Origin: an uncultured bacterium
GTDB lineage: Bacteria; Verrucomicrobiota; Kiritimatiellia; RFP12; UBA1067
Assembly (NCBI GenBank): GCA_942493055.1
Contig: OW818680.1
Span: 4,038,406-4,102,405 of the forward strand
DNA length: 64,000 bases
Reading direction: 5' to 3'
Under the pieces are notes generated by a model that was given only the letters and a program-made list of their open reading frames with translations, did no database searches and was not told the DNA's origin. Positions 63,369 through 64,000 of this stretch are shown here, one piece after another. The position numbers and the translations under genes are program-made. How positions within the stretch are numbered: the stretch's first letter is position 1; each line of letters opens with the position of its first letter.

Positions 63369-63798
63369 TTTTAGCATCCGAATAACGCGAACCACACGAA
63401 TGTTCAATGGGAATTTCTGTATTGAGAATACGCGTAATGGCTACTTTGGGATAGGAAGAAAAATTGACAAGCAATCCCAACTCATAGCCTGTTGCCTGAA
63501 GATAATTGATCACTTGGGCTCTATGTTCTTCCGTAAGGTTTTTAGATGCTTTCAGCTCAACGATAATTTTTCCATGACAAATAAAATCTGGAATATATTT
63601 TTGTTTTAACGGGTCTCCTTTGTAAGAAAGAGCTAGACCTTTTTGTGCTTCGAAAGGGATACTTCTCAGCACAAATTCTTTCTCTAAGCACTCTTGGTAG
63701 ACAGCCTCAAGGAAGCCATTACCCATAATATTGTGCACTTCAAAGATTGCGCCTTGAATGGAATAGCACTCATCTTTAAAGAGAATTTTTTCGTTCAT
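63358..63798 (-). CDS. GxxExxY-family (PD-(D/E)xK-like) small protein, inserted cassette
   Basis: MNEKILFKDECYSIQGAIFEVHNIMGNGFLEAVYQECLEKEF...KIIVELKASKNLTEEHRAQVINYLQATGYELGLLVNF matches the family consensus. The C-terminal tail is read through into the inverted repeat. Confidence 0.7.
   Translation of the reverse strand: MNEKILFKDECYSIQGAIFEVHNIMGNGFLEAVYQECLEKEFVLRSIPFEAQKGLALSYKGDPLKQKYIPDFICHGKIIVELKASKNLTEEHRAQVINYLQATGYELGLLVNFSSYPKVAITRILNTEIPIEHSCGSRYSDAKNEH
63369..63404. repeat. Left 33-bp inverted repeat of the GxxExxY cassette
   Basis: TTTTAGCATCCGAATAACGCGAACCACACGAAT is the reverse complement of 63811-63846 (1 mismatch). Confidence 0.6.
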
Positions 63799-63810
63799 TT
63801 TTCTCCTATT

Positions 63811-63846
63811 CGTGTGGTTCGTGTTATTCGGATGCTAAAAAAGAGT
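63811..63846. repeat. Right 33-bp inverted repeat of the GxxExxY cassette
   Basis: ATTCGTGTGGTTCGTGTTATTCGGATGCTAAAA. Confidence 0.6.
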
Positions 63847-64000
63847 ACGCTTCGATATCTGACAAACACAACTGTTGAGGACTGATGTGTTCCATCTGCC
63901 GATACCAGGAGACCGTGCGCTGGATCATGGTTTCGAAATTCCACGTGGGGGACCACTCCAGCTCTTTTTTCGCCTTGTTGATCTTGAGGCGCAAAATACC
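63824..64000 (-). CDS. rfbG: C-terminus of a CDP-glucose 4,6-dehydratase-like NAD-dependent sugar dehydratase; the gene continues past the window end
   Basis: Translation ...ILRLKINKAKKELEWSPTWNFETMIQRTVSWYRQMEH matches the C-terminal helix of DdhB/RfbG-type dehydratases. The stop codon lies inside the right inverted repeat. Confidence 0.55.
   Translation of the reverse strand, partial: GILRLKINKAKKELEWSPTWNFETMIQRTVSWYRQMEHISPQQLCLSDIEAYSFLASE

Overview
High-GC (about 60%) chromosomal segment, almost all coding, most plausibly from a PVC-superphylum bacterium (Verrucomicrobia, Kiritimatiellae or Planctomycetes-like). Supporting this: Planctomycete-type cytochrome c (PSCyt-like) CxxCH domains on a secreted protein, a 3045-aa giant protein built of autotransporter-associated beta-strand repeats, and five Cys-type sulfatases.

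Content from 5' to 3':
(1) A GH1 beta-glucosidase fragment, an MmeI-like type IIL restriction-modification enzyme, a secreted lectin/propeller/cytochrome protein, and a tightly coupled operon of a SNF2 helicase (with a ~450-aa N-terminal extension) plus a 608-aa protein I cannot match to any known family. This operon is my best candidate for an undescribed defence or DNA-transaction module.
(2) A 9.1-kb gene for a secreted giant protein: SGNH hydrolase, PATR-type beta-strand repeats, PA14, and two tandem copies of an unrecognised ~265-aa domain.
(3) A sulfated-glycan degradation region: GH43, GH88/105, CE1 and tandem esterases, four more sulfatases, a TAT-exported DUF3795-like Cys-rich protein co-operonic with two sulfatases, a low-GC orphan gene next to a decayed vapBC, and a 96-bp tandem repeat.
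(4) REP-like hairpin arrays on both sides of a RAYT-like HuH (Y1) transposase that carries a C-terminal extension.
(5) Housekeeping secA, dnaX (split by an apparent 1-nt frameshift), accA and accD.
(6) A long same-strand glycan-biosynthesis operon: GT2, an embedded vapBC, two radical-SAM enzymes (one B12-binding), a sugar C-methyltransferase-like enzyme, NUDIX, SDR, a YerE-like ThDP enzyme, HAD phosphatase, a NeuB-cupin fusion, DdhC/RfbH, a GxxExxY cassette bounded by 33-bp inverted repeats, and an RfbG-like fragment.

No rRNA, tRNA or CRISPR array was found. All domain calls are from reading the translated ORFs by eye; no database search was possible.
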